From a virus: 64,000 nucleotides of DNA. The notes beneath the pieces were generated by a model, which worked only from the letters and a program-made list of their open reading frames with translations, searched no databases and was not told where the DNA came from. The translations under genes were made by a program, and so were the position numbers. The stretch is from the IMG/VR virus record IMGVR_UViG_3300037071_003688, one strand, 5' to 3'. This document shows, in pieces, positions 9,308 through 19,700 of the stretch. The stretch's first letter is position 1. Each line of letters starts with the position of its first letter.

Positions 9308-9514
9308 ATGCCAACCACGCACCCACCGGTCACCATCAAGGATCCGGTCAATAGCTCGATGATCTGTGAACGACTCAAGATCGACGCGTCCGCGCTTTCG
9401 CAGTGGCAGACCCGCTACGAGACCTTCCCGGTACCGAAGCTCCACCTCGGCACGAACACGAAGATCTGGGAGTGGTCCGAGGTCAAGGACTGGCACAAGC
9501 AGAACCGCGGCTGA
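9308..9514 (+). CDS. AlpA/excisionase-like HTH DNA-binding protein
   Basis: ICERL.I..S.LSQW..R...FP.P.......IW.W.EV..W pattern. Confidence 0.7.
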   Translation: MPTTHPPVTIKDPVNSSMICERLKIDASALSQWQTRYETFPVPKLHLGTNTKIWEWSEVKDWHKQNRG

Positions 9515-9556
9515 ACATCTGTTGTAGCGTCGCGGGCAGGCAACGACAACAGGAGG

Positions 9557-9877
9557 ATGATCGTGGATGATGCGTGGGTAGTGCTGACGTGTCGTGACGG
9601 CGTGGCGGAGTATTGGGCGTGGTGTCGACCAAGACGCGACAGCCCCGGCTTCGATGAGATCTTCTACACACAGCGCGACGGGATCACCGCGTTCAGCCCG
9701 GACGGCGACCAACTCCCGCAGTTGATGGGGCATGTGTTCACGCTCATGTTCCCGAGCGAGGGGGTTGCCTCGACGGGCGCCCGATTTCCCGAGCGGGTCG
9801 ACCTCCGGAGCAACGCCGAGTGGCGACCGGCCCCCCCGACGCTGGCGGTTGAGACGGATGCTGGGAGTCCCGGCTGA
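9557..9877 (+). CDS. hypothetical protein
   Basis: AGGAGG RBS. Confidence 0.55.
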   Translation: MIVDDAWVVLTCRDGVAEYWAWCRPRRDSPGFDEIFYTQRDGITAFSPDGDQLPQLMGHVFTLMFPSEGVASTGARFPERVDLRSNAEWRPAPPTLAVETDAGSPG

Positions 9878-10512
9878 TGGGCGCGACGACGACGATGCGG
9901 GAACTGGCAGCACTGTGGCCGGAACTGACGAGTGAGGAACGACTCAACTATCGGGTGAGGTTCGGCGACGACGTGTTGGAGATCATCTCGATAGAAGCTG
10001 GGGGTGAAGACGCGACAGTCCGCGGATACCAGTTGAACGGGCCGATGGCCGAGGAGCAGCGCGACGACAGATCCCGCGCGGCCCGGGTGAGAGTGTTCCC
10101 GATCCGGATGGGGATCGAGATCCTCGACCGCGACGAACCCGTCGACAACGACGACCCCGGCCCGCCGCCGACGCTGCGCCTGGCCGACTCCGGTGACATC
10201 GAACCGATCGAGCCACCCCCAGCGGCCTCCGTCGACGGCAGCACCATCGTGCCCTCGAACACCACGGCGGCGCCGCCTGAGAACTGGGCCGGTGACCCGG
10301 CCTACGCCCCCACGCCCGAGCCGCCTCGTTCGAGCGCGCTCGACATGCCCGTCGACACGTGGGCGAGCACCGCAGTTCGCCTCCCACACGAGATCCTGGA
10401 TAGAGCCTCAAAGGAAGCCCGGCGGCGTGGCATTAGCCGCAATATCTTGATGGCTCATTTGCTTGACCAGGGGCTTTCCGGCCTCGAAGGCCGACCCCTC
10501 ATCGGTAACTGA
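9877..10512 (+). CDS. hypothetical protein with a C-terminal ribbon-helix-helix-like DNA-binding motif
   Basis: TAVRLP.EI..R...EA.RRGISRN.LM..LL..GL. Confidence 0.65.
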   Translation: MGATTTMRELAALWPELTSEERLNYRVRFGDDVLEIISIEAGGEDATVRGYQLNGPMAEEQRDDRSRAARVRVFPIRMGIEILDRDEPVDNDDPGPPPTLRLADSGDIEPIEPPPAASVDGSTIVPSNTTAAPPENWAGDPAYAPTPEPPRSSALDMPVDTWASTAVRLPHEILDRASKEARRRGISRNILMAHLLDQGLSGLEGRPLIGN

Positions 10513-10513
10513 T

Positions 10514-10542
10514 TTGACAACCGTTCCCATTTCGTGTAAAGT
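10514..10542 (+). promoter_or_regulatory. sigma-70-like promoter (leaderless start at 10550)
   Basis: TTGACA-N17-TAAAGT, ATG 7 nt downstream. Confidence 0.8.
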
Positions 10543-10549
10543 TAAATAT

Positions 10550-10837
10550 ATGGGAACCACCACTGCTAGGTCAGCCCGATCAACCAACAACCATCCGAAG
10601 CCGATCACGGGCCGGGTCACCGAGTTCCGGATCGGCCCCTACCGAGTGCTCGAAGCGGGCGATGAGGCCGACGTCCACTTCCCCGAGAAGCGCAAGTCCT
10701 ACCGTCGAGCGAAGTTCGTCTACGCCGTGGGCAACACGCTGGTGTTCGTCAAGCCTGACACCGGCGGACTGGTCGGCGTGCTGCCCGACAAGGTCGGCAC
10801 CATCCACCGTCTGAATCGTTTGAGAGGCTCCGAATGA
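10550..10837 (+). CDS. hypothetical protein
   Basis: ATG at the inferred transcription start. Confidence 0.7.
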   Translation: MGTTTARSARSTNNHPKPITGRVTEFRIGPYRVLEAGDEADVHFPEKRKSYRRAKFVYAVGNTLVFVKPDTGGLVGVLPDKVGTIHRLNRLRGSE

Positions 10838-11049
10838 CCACCATCCGATTGAAGATCACCTACGAGTGGTCCGGTCTCGAAGAACTCTGCCTCCCCCAAG
10901 CCGACAAGGTGATGGCCGCTCTGATGGCGACCGATGACCGCGAGCCACGAGCGTTGAACCGACCGAAGGTGTCGATGGACGTGAAGCTGATGTCGCACCG
11001 CTACGAAGGCCCGGACCGCCCGTACGAACAACCGGTCGAGCACGAATGA
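10834..11049 (+). CDS. small hypothetical protein
   Basis: coupled ORF. Confidence 0.6.
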   Translation: MTTIRLKITYEWSGLEELCLPQADKVMAALMATDDREPRALNRPKVSMDVKLMSHRYEGPDRPYEQPVEHE

Positions 11050-11243
11050 ACCTCACCCTGACCGCCGAGCAGAACGCCGACCGGGAACGGCCGACTTGTG
11101 CGATCAAACTTCCGTCGCACGTCGGCACGCCCGCCACATGGGCAGACGCCAATCACCCGCAGTGGTACGTATGCGACCGCCACCGCCGCCAGTACGAGGA
11201 ACGAGCGGACGAGTTCGGCCCGTTCGCCTGGGAACCAATCTGA
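11046..11243 (+). CDS. small hypothetical protein
   Basis: coupled ORF. Confidence 0.6.
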   Translation: MNLTLTAEQNADRERPTCAIKLPSHVGTPATWADANHPQWYVCDRHRRQYEERADEFGPFAWEPI

Positions 11244-11854
11244 TGCAACTCCAACTCAGCGACTCGCAGAACGCCGACCGGGAACGGCTAGGAGCATGCG
11301 TCGTGGTCGGCCAACTGTGCGGCTATCACGCTGACGGCCGTCCGAAGCCGCCCATTGATGCCGCCTGTGCGTGCTACCAGTTCCCGCCCCGCCAGTTCGC
11401 CGACGCCGCAGCACCATGCCCGTGTGGGAAGTTGACCGGCAAACCCGGCTGGACCCTGGCTCCCGGCTTCAAGCAGATGAAGCCCTGCCCGGATTGTCGT
11501 GACGGCAAGCCGATCATCGAGATACGGGTGCCGTGTCCGAACAACTGCACGCGCTTCGATGGCAAGGTACCCGGTCACATTTACGGGTCGAACTGGCCGT
11601 GGGTGCCGTGCCAGACGTGCATGGGCACGATGTTCGTCGTGGTGGCTCGGGCCACCGTCACGCTGCTGCCGGTCCTCGACGCCACAGACACCAACGACCA
11701 CGTCAACGTGCGACACGTCTGCATCGCTCAAGGCAGCGACCCGGCCCCGCAGGCGTTCTTGGACGGCGGCTCGGCCGGTATGCGGCGGCTCGCATTCGAT
11801 CCGTTGCCTGTGGCTGGCAGGGATTGGATCGCCGTGTTCGAGGATGTCGCGTGA
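11243..11854 (+). CDS. Cys-rich hypothetical protein
   Basis: several CxxC motifs; coupled start. Confidence 0.6.
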   Translation: MQLQLSDSQNADRERLGACVVVGQLCGYHADGRPKPPIDAACACYQFPPRQFADAAAPCPCGKLTGKPGWTLAPGFKQMKPCPDCRDGKPIIEIRVPCPNNCTRFDGKVPGHIYGSNWPWVPCQTCMGTMFVVVARATVTLLPVLDATDTNDHVNVRHVCIAQGSDPAPQAFLDGGSAGMRRLAFDPLPVAGRDWIAVFEDVA

Positions 11855-12042
11855 TCGTGGTCGGTCAGCACTGGCAGTCAGGCCCGTGGCGCGAGACGCC
11901 CCGCGAGATCGTGATCGAGGCCGTGCTTCCCATCGGGGCCGAGATCCCCGAGGATGTCGCGTTCCGGTTCCTCGACGGAGAGCAGACCTCGACGTGCTCG
12001 CTCAACGCCTTCCGCCGGACCTACGTCGAGGTGCCATCGTGA
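11851..12042 (+). CDS. small hypothetical protein
   Basis: GTGA-coupled ORF. Confidence 0.55.
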   Translation: MIVVGQHWQSGPWRETPREIVIEAVLPIGAEIPEDVAFRFLDGEQTSTCSLNAFRRTYVEVPS

Positions 12043-12190
12043 GAGTTCGTCGCTTCCCGCGCAAACCGATCGACCGGTCCCGGCCACCGCTCGGCCCGGG
12101 CGGGGCGAGGGTCATCCTGCTGTATCCGAACGGTGCCAGCACCGGGATCACGTACACGTCGGTCCAAGCACTGGCGAAGGACCAGACCTC

Positions 12191-12451
12191 ATGATGCCGC
12201 CGGACTGCGTCCTGTGCGAGGAGCCGATCGGGTCGCTCGACGTGGTGCGGATCCACCCGGGCTACGCCCACCGCGAGTGCGCGATGCGGTCGGCGCTGGG
12301 CGGGATCGGCCACTTCGAGGATCACGACTTCTGGTGCGAGAACATGGGCGACCCGGACGGCGGACGGACGTACCATCAGTCGGCGCTCGAAGTCGCCGCG
12401 TTGTGGGACGCCGGGAAGATCTCGTCTTCCGAGTCGGGTGTGGGAGACTGA
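12191..12451 (+). CDS. small zinc-binding hypothetical protein
   Basis: CVLCEE...HREC. Confidence 0.6.
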   Translation: MMPPDCVLCEEPIGSLDVVRIHPGYAHRECAMRSALGGIGHFEDHDFWCENMGDPDGGRTYHQSALEVAALWDAGKISSSESGVGD

Positions 12452-12456
12452 CGACC

Positions 12457-13140
12457 ATGCGACTGTTGTTCCGCCCGCTCGGTGTGTGGCCCCGACAACT
12501 GACAACCCATCCCGATCGGTCCCCGTTCACAACCGGATGGTCGAGCACCGTCGATCTCCTCGAACGTGAGATCAACCATCTGATCCTGCGGTCGAAGCCC
12601 GAGGTGCTGATCCAGATCGACGCTCCCGAGGGAGCGATGCGGATGGACGGCGGTCTGCGCGCTGACGCCCGCGCCAAGTTCCACGGCGTGATGATCTCGT
12701 TCGAGTCGAAGTACGGCCCCAAGAGCTTCACGTGCGACCGGTACAGCGCGCCGAACTGGGCGAACCGCGGCGAGCAACCGTGGAAGGACAACGCCCGCGC
12801 AATCGCGCTCGGCCTCGAAGCTCTCCGCAAGCTCGACCGCTACGGGATCACCGACTCGGGCCAACAGTACGAGGGCTGGAAGGCGCTCGGCTCCGGGATC
12901 CCGATGCCCGCCGCCCAGATGACCGTCGAGGACGCCGCCCGGTTCATCGCCGTCCACTCGTCCGCCATCGACATCAAGACCGACGCCTGGCGGATCCTGC
13001 TCGGCGACCCGGATCTCGTGAAGGCCCGCTACAAGGACGCCGCCTGGAAGCTGCACCCCGACAGTGACACGGGCGACGCCGCATTGTTCAAGCAACTCGG
13101 CGAAGCCCGAGATCTACTACTGAGAGAGGTTCGAGTATGA
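12457..13140 (+). CDS. phage protein with a C-terminal DnaJ (J-domain)-like region
   Basis: N.RAIALGLEALR.LDRYG...QY.GW motif plus Y..AA.KLHPD...F..L.EA. Confidence 0.8.
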   Translation: MRLLFRPLGVWPRQLTTHPDRSPFTTGWSSTVDLLEREINHLILRSKPEVLIQIDAPEGAMRMDGGLRADARAKFHGVMISFESKYGPKSFTCDRYSAPNWANRGEQPWKDNARAIALGLEALRKLDRYGITDSGQQYEGWKALGSGIPMPAAQMTVEDAARFIAVHSSAIDIKTDAWRILLGDPDLVKARYKDAAWKLHPDSDTGDAALFKQLGEARDLLLREVRV

Positions 13141-13661
13141 GCACCGACCCGAACGACCAGGGCGCCATCGGCGCACGCCGCAACGAGGTCGTGCGCAGCG
13201 AGCCTGTCAACGAGCAGTTCGCGCAGTACGTCCAGTCGACGGCGTTCTCGCTGTCGCTCGGCCGGACCCACATGCGGGCGCTGATCCGGTTGGCGACCCG
13301 CGATCCGTTGTGGATGTCGAGCAACGGCAGCAGTAGCCCGACCGCGCTGCACGGCCTCGAACGGCGCGGCCTGGTCACGCACCATCCGCACGTTGGCGAG
13401 CCGCCGCCGTTCGGCGACGACGCCCAGGACTGGGAGTTGACGACGGCAGGCAAGCTCGTCGTGATGTTGCTCGCCGAAGCCGGTCTCGTGCAGGCCGGGC
13501 TGATGTCGGAGTTCCCGCCGCCGCCGCCGGGCTGGACTGACCCGCGCCCGAAGATGGTGCCGCGCCGCGGCGCTGATGGGATGCCGATCGGCGACTGGGA
13601 TCTCATGCCATCGGATCGGGAACTCGCAGGGTCCGCCACAACCAGTGACGCGAGGTCTTAG
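13137..13661 (+). CDS. hypothetical protein (possible winged helix)
   Basis: L.RRGLV...W.LT.AG. Confidence 0.6.
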   Translation: MSTDPNDQGAIGARRNEVVRSEPVNEQFAQYVQSTAFSLSLGRTHMRALIRLATRDPLWMSSNGSSSPTALHGLERRGLVTHHPHVGEPPPFGDDAQDWELTTAGKLVVMLLAEAGLVQAGLMSEFPPPPPGWTDPRPKMVPRRGADGMPIGDWDLMPSDRELAGSATTSDARS

Positions 13662-13671
13662 GATGCCGGTC

Positions 13672-13983
13672 ATGTCGGACCCAGTAGGCATCAAAGAACT
13701 CGCCGCGCGCCTCGGCTCGAACCGACGCACCATCTGGGTGTGGCGCGACGAGAAGCTGATGCCCGCACCCGACTACGCGTTCGTCAACAACTACCCGGCG
13801 TGGGAGTGGTCGAAGGTGTTGAAGTGGGCGGGCGACTCGGGACGCCTCCACCATGAACCGGCCCGGCAGGCGTACCGCGAGATGTTCAAGAAAGAACCGC
13901 GCGCCTACCGTGGGGGCGGGCCAACTCCGAAGGACATTCGCAAGGTGACCGAGAAGGTGCGCAAGCAAACGGCCAAGGCGTGA
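13672..13983 (+). CDS. AlpA-like HTH DNA-binding protein
   Basis: DPVGIKELAARLG..R.TI..WR....MP.PD.......W.W..V..WA...GRL. Confidence 0.75.
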   Translation: MSDPVGIKELAARLGSNRRTIWVWRDEKLMPAPDYAFVNNYPAWEWSKVLKWAGDSGRLHHEPARQAYREMFKKEPRAYRGGGPTPKDIRKVTEKVRKQTAKA

Positions 13984-14176
13984 AACCCGTCGAGTGCTCT
14001 CGCTACGCAGCGGAGGGGTACGGCCGGAAGGTCACCGACTGCCCGACGCTCTGCAAGTCGTCATGCCTGACGGAGCAGGAACTCGCTGAACTCGCATACC
14101 CGCTCCATCACCCCGCGACCGCTCTGGCGAACTACAGGTCGGGCCGTGAAGTGTGGGACACCAACGGAGACATGTG

Positions 14177-14608
14177 GTGATCAAGCCGTTCACGCTCCTC
14201 GTCGCCGGTCTCGCCGGGCAGCGGGCGGCGCAGGCGATCTCGGCTGACAAGGTGACCCAACCGGTCCGCGATCGGGTCCTGTTGTGGTCGATGGACGACA
14301 AGCAGACATCGACGCAGTACGAGCGCCGAGCGAAGATCGCGCAGTTCATCCACTGCCCGCACTGCACCGGGTTCTGGTTGTCGGCGGTGACGCTCGCTAT
14401 GTACTCGGTCGTCCGGCGGTACCCGCGCAATCGCACCGCGCGTGGGATGTCGCTCGTGGTCGAGTGGTGGGCGGTGGCGTCGATCCAAACGATGCTGACG
14501 GCGGCGTGGGCGATGTTCTCCGACGTCGCGCATCATGCCGAGGTCGAGACGAAGCTCGCCGAAGCCGAACTCCTCAAGCAACGCCAGGCTCATATCCCAC
14601 CGTCGTAA
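14177..14608 (+). CDS. DUF1360-like membrane protein
   Basis: D..T.P.R...I..FIHCPHCTGFW plus hydrophobic helices; lies immediately before the portal. Confidence 0.7.
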   Translation: MIKPFTLLVAGLAGQRAAQAISADKVTQPVRDRVLLWSMDDKQTSTQYERRAKIAQFIHCPHCTGFWLSAVTLAMYSVVRRYPRNRTARGMSLVVEWWAVASIQTMLTAAWAMFSDVAHHAEVETKLAEAELLKQRQAHIPPS

Positions 14609-14661
14609 CCACGTCCGTGTAATCCCCGGGGGCTACCATGCTGCGACATGGCCGTGGGAGG

Positions 14662-16752
14662 ATGAACGTGGCTGCTCGACAGAAGGCCGACACCCGCAAG
14701 CTGCGACTGTTCGCCCGGGAAACGAAGCGCCACGGCGACTTCGCGATGGTGATGCCCCGTGCCACGGCCGGGTTGAAGCAGATCAAGGAAGGCTTCGAGC
14801 CACGCAACCTGCGTGACGGCTGGGCACGCGACGCCTACGTATTCGCCGACGAGATCGGCGAGGTCGGGTTCGTGATGAACCTGCAAGCCAACACCGGCGC
14901 CCAATGCGCGCTGCAACCCCAGAAGTACGACGTCGAGACTCGCCAGTGGTTGGAGACCGACGACGAGCGGGTGCTGCGAGTCCACGCCGCGTTCGTCGGC
15001 CCGCAGGGCGGCTCGGCCGAGTTGATGCGCCGCGGCTTCCTGCATCTCGGCATCGCCGGGGAAACCTTGCTGCTCGGCTCACCGGTCGATGAGGTCGACC
15101 TGAGCTACGGGCTGCACTGGGAGTTCCTGTCGTCGGAGGAGTTGGTGCTGCAACGCGGCGGCAAGGCCGTCCGCAAGTTCGACGGGAACAGCGGCGAAGC
15201 GTTGGGCGACGAGTATTACCTGGCCCGCATCTTCCGGTCGCACCCGATGTTCTCGGCGCTCGCCGACTCCCCGATGCGCCGCGTCCTGGCGATCTGCCAG
15301 GAGATCATCAACCTGACGCAGATGGTGTCGGGCATCGTCCGCTCACGGCTCGCCGCCGGGATCCTGTACGTCCCCGAGGAGATCACCTTCGCGACGGACG
15401 CCGACCCCGACGACCCGGACTCGGATCTCGATGAGGGCGACCTGCGCGACATGGTCGAGGTGTTCCTCAAGCAGTTGGCCGAACACCTCCGCGCCCCAGT
15501 CGAGGATCGCGCTTCGGCGGCTGCGCTCGTCCCCTTGTTGATGCGCGGCCCGGCCGAACTGTTCGACAAGATCGGTCTGATCGAAGTCGCGCGCGGCCTC
15601 GATACGTACGCCCAGGATCTCCGCAAAGAGGCACTCGCCCGGCTCGCCGCCGGACTCGACATCGACCCGGCGTTGATCGAGGGCGCGGCGTCGCTGAACC
15701 ATTGGACGCTGTACCAGGTCGACGCCAACTTCGTCACGAAGCAGGTCCGCCCGACCGGCGACCTGCTGGCCCGGGCGTTGACCGAGGTCTACCTGCGCAC
15801 CATGCTCGAAACGTTCGAGGGGATGGAGCCGACCGAGGTCCGCCTGTACCGGTGGATCTTCGACCCGGCCGCGATCATGGCCCGCACCGACGAAGCCGCG
15901 TCGAGCCGGATCCTGTACGACATGAACGTCCTCTCGGAGGACGCCCTGCTGCGCGCCAACGGCTTCGCCGACGCCGACGCCGTCGAGGACGACGAGTTGA
16001 ACAAGCGGCTCGCGATGCAGATGTTGCTGCGCGACCCGGCCAACATGGGGCCGGTCGTGTCCGATGTCCTCGGCCTCCAAGGCTGGGATTGGTCGAAGCT
16101 GCCATCCGCCGCCGGGGGCAGCCCGTTCGGGACACCGGGGGCGCCGGGCGCCCCGCCCGGTCCGGGATCGTTGGGAGCGCCTGCGCCACGCAAGGGGCTG
16201 CCACCATTGAACGCGACACCCCCGGCGAACGGTCAGCCGCCGAACCCGAACCAGCAGTTCCCGGACAAGACGACCGGGATGCAGGAACCACCGAACCCGG
16301 GCTTCTCGCTGCTCGTGGACCGCCTCGCGGTCGCCGCCGACGCCGCCGTCGAACGAGCATTGGAGAAGGCCGCAGCGCGGTTCGTCACGAAGGCCCGCCG
16401 CGTCGAGGGGTTGCGTCAACGCGTCGAGCACGTGCAAGGCACCGCGGTGCTGACCGCGGTGTCACCATCGGATCTGCTGTCGGTCGACTGCCCACCGGCG
16501 ATGCTGCTCGCCAAGGCGTGGGACTCGTTCGGCGACAACGCCCGCCGGTGGGTCAAGACCTACGCCATGAACCTCGGCGCCGATCAACTCTCCGCCGATG
16601 ACCTGGCCGCGCTCGCCTCCTCGAAGCTGTGCGAGTCGTTGCAGGAGTTGATGACGCTCAACATGCACGAGCGGCTCCCGGTCACGGGCAACGGCACCAA
16701 GGTCAACTCGGCTCTGATCTCCAACGCATTGCGTGCCGCCGGGGTCTGGTGA
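14662..16752 (+). CDS. portal protein
   Basis: about 700 aa, at the start of the head/MuF block; HP.....ADSP.R, SRLAAGILYVP.E, RLA.GLD and NHW motifs typical of actinophage portals; Pro/Gly linker then a C-terminal domain; start uncertain (14638/14662/14668). Confidence 0.8.
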   Translation: MNVAARQKADTRKLRLFARETKRHGDFAMVMPRATAGLKQIKEGFEPRNLRDGWARDAYVFADEIGEVGFVMNLQANTGAQCALQPQKYDVETRQWLETDDERVLRVHAAFVGPQGGSAELMRRGFLHLGIAGETLLLGSPVDEVDLSYGLHWEFLSSEELVLQRGGKAVRKFDGNSGEALGDEYYLARIFRSHPMFSALADSPMRRVLAICQEIINLTQMVSGIVRSRLAAGILYVPEEITFATDADPDDPDSDLDEGDLRDMVEVFLKQLAEHLRAPVEDRASAAALVPLLMRGPAELFDKIGLIEVARGLDTYAQDLRKEALARLAAGLDIDPALIEGAASLNHWTLYQVDANFVTKQVRPTGDLLARALTEVYLRTMLETFEGMEPTEVRLYRWIFDPAAIMARTDEAASSRILYDMNVLSEDALLRANGFADADAVEDDELNKRLAMQMLLRDPANMGPVVSDVLGLQGWDWSKLPSAAGGSPFGTPGAPGAPPGPGSLGAPAPRKGLPPLNATPPANGQPPNPNQQFPDKTTGMQEPPNPGFSLLVDRLAVAADAAVERALEKAAARFVTKARRVEGLRQRVEHVQGTAVLTAVSPSDLLSVDCPPAMLLAKAWDSFGDNARRWVKTYAMNLGADQLSADDLAALASSKLCESLQELMTLNMHERLPVTGNGTKVNSALISNALRAAGVW

Positions 16753-16758
16753 CCGATC

Positions 16759-19700
16759 GTGGCCACCGCCACGTTCGCCAATCCGTGGCATGACGAAATA
16801 GGTCGCTTCGCGCCCAAGGGAACCGGCACGAAGTTCGGCGCGACGCAGGACGAGATGCGGTCTCTGTTCGAGCCGGTGCGTCCGCTCGTGGACGTCCTCG
16901 AAGGCGCCGGTGCGAAGACCTACCTCGTGGGCGGCTCGGTCCGTGACCGGCTGCTCGGCATCGACGCCAAGGACATTGACATCGAAGTCCACGGGCTGAC
17001 CCCCGACGAGACCATCGCACTGTTGAAGGAACGGGGCGCCCGCGTCGATGAGGTCGGCAAGGCGTTCGGCGTGTTGAAGGTGACATTCGACGGCGAGACC
17101 CACGACTTCTCGTTCCCCCGCACCGAGGTCAAGACCGGCGAAGGCCACACCGGCTTCGATGTCACCGTCGACCCGAACCTCGGCATCGAGCAGGCGCTCG
17201 CCCGCCGCGACTTCACCATGAACGCGCTCGCCGTCGACTCCGACGGCAACATGGTCGACCCGTTCGGCGGGGTCGCTGACCTCAAGGCCGGTGTGCTGCG
17301 CCACGTCGGCCCGGCGTTCTCAGAGGATCCGCTCCGCATCCTGCGCGGCGTCCAGTTCGCCGCCCGCCTCGGCCTCAAGTTCGACCCGGAGACCGCCAAG
17401 CTCGCCCACGACCTGCTGCCCGAGTTGGAGAACATCTCGACGGAACGCGTGTGGGGCGAGTTCGAGAAGCTCGGCGGTAAGGGCGTCTCGATGGAGGCCG
17501 GTGTCCAGGCACTCAAGGACGTCGGTCTCGACACCCGCTACGGCAACGTCCACTTCGACGGCGAACCGAACCTGACCGGTCTCACCGGCGACCATCGCGC
17601 CGCCGTCGCGCTCACCGCGATCGGCGTCGACCCCCGCCAGATCGGAGCGCCGAACACCGTCTCCCGCACCATGCGCGACGTCAGCCAGGCGCTCGCGTTC
17701 ACCGGCGACCAGGCCGCATCCCGGACCGCGGCCCGCGAGTTGAAGTACGGCACGTTCGAGGACGCCGCCCGGATCGCAGGCCCAAACGACAACGTCGACC
17801 CACGTGTCCTCACCGGCCCACTCCCCGGACTCGTGACCGGCAACGACGTGATGGCCCGCGGTGTGCGCGGCTCAGCGATCGGCGAGGTCCTGCGCGCCGT
17901 GCAACAGGCCCAGGACAACGAGACCATCGTGACCCGCGAGGACGCGCTCGCCTGGCTCGACAAGCACGCCACCGCCGCTATCCGCCGCTCCGCCGCGTTC
18001 GTGAATCCGTGGCACGACGAGGTCGGACGGTTCGCCCCGAAGGGAACGGGACGCCGGTTCGAGCCGCGCGGCGGCGCCGACGCCCAAGCACAGGCGCTCG
18101 CAGAAGCGATGGCGACACGAGCCGAGTTGAACGGCGGGTTCACATTCGACCCGCGCGGCAACCTGTTCATCAAACCCGATCCGTCGCTGCCCCGCGAGGA
18201 ACATCGCGGCGCTGTCGCCGTGCCCGGCCATTCGGCGATCATCACGATGGAAGCCTTCCAGGACCCGACACGTGGCAAACAGTTCATCCGCGACTACCTC
18301 GACCAGCACGCCGAAACCATCGCCTCGCAACCGGACATCTTCATCGGCGGCTGGCACGACCGAGCGCACGGCGAGGTCGTGCTCGACCTGTCGCAGGTGC
18401 GCCCCCTCGATGAGGCGATCAAACTCGGGATCGAACGCGGCGAACAAGCGATCTTCGATCTCGACAGCGAGGAAGACGTCCCAACTCACGGGACAGGCGG
18501 ACGCGAGAACGTCAAGATAGTTGACGCATCGGGTCAGGGTTTGGTACGATTCAGTCATGGCAGATACCGCGGACCACCGCCAGCAGGCGCCGGACGTAAC
18601 GGTACGTCCGGGCGACCTGGAAGGCTGGGCGGACAAGTCCGAGGAGGAGAAGCAGGCGATCGTGGACGCCATGTACGAGGGTCTGAGTTCGCCAACCCCT
18701 GGCACGACGAGATAGGCCAGTTCGCGCCGAAAGGAACCGGCTCGACCGGGAAGGGCCGCTCCTCGAAGGCGGAGGAGGCCGCAGCGGCGAAGCTCGCCCG
18801 GGCGAAGGCCCGCAAGGTCCCGAAGCCGACCGAGGACGACGTGATCCAAGGCCAGGTCGACGCCCTCCTCGCGCGTGAGGGTTTGGTGCGCGCCGGTGGC
18901 GATCGGCGTGGCAACAACACGGCCCGGAAGAAGCGCGCCAAGGCGCTCGCCGCCGAGTTCGGCGACGGCACGACCTGCGCCTGCCCGGACTGCGGGCAGC
19001 GCATCGCGGCCGACGCGGCAACCGCCGAGAAGCTCGGCATCGACGCGCTCACGCAGGACAAGATCCTGGTGGGCACGTTGGGTGGCTCCTACAAGATGGA
19101 GAACCTGATCCCGACCTGCCCGCCATGCAACCAGTCGCGCGGCGACCGGGAGGGCATCGGTGTCGTCGGCGACGTGCGCCAGACGTGGGGATCAGCGGAA
19201 CGGTTCACGCGGACGGTGGTGCGTCAGCACGGCGACGCCATCGCTCAACGCTTCCAGGAGCGCCGGTCGGCGATCATGAAGCGCAAGGGGATCACGTGGG
19301 AGGAGCACATCGCCGAGAACCCGGACGCGCTCCCGCAGGACTTCGATCGGCTACGCCGCCCGGTCGGCGGGAACTTCGCCGTCGACGGCTGGACCCCCGG
19401 GGAGATCGTCACCGACTGGCTCGATCGTGTCGCCGTCAACGGCCACGCCGTCGACCATGAACTTCGTGTAGACGATCCCGTTCGAGTCGACTTCCCAGGT
19501 GAGCAACTCACCCTCGACCCCTGGGTCACCGACGATCGGGTTGTCGAGGTCATCGGGGGTGTCCCACCCGAACCGCTTGGCTCGCACGATCGTGCCGTCC
19601 TCAACCACAGACCGCAGCGTAGCGAGTTCGGCAACCCGTGGCATGACGAGATCGGTCAGTTCGCGCCGAAGGGCACGGGCACCAACTTCGCCAACATCGC

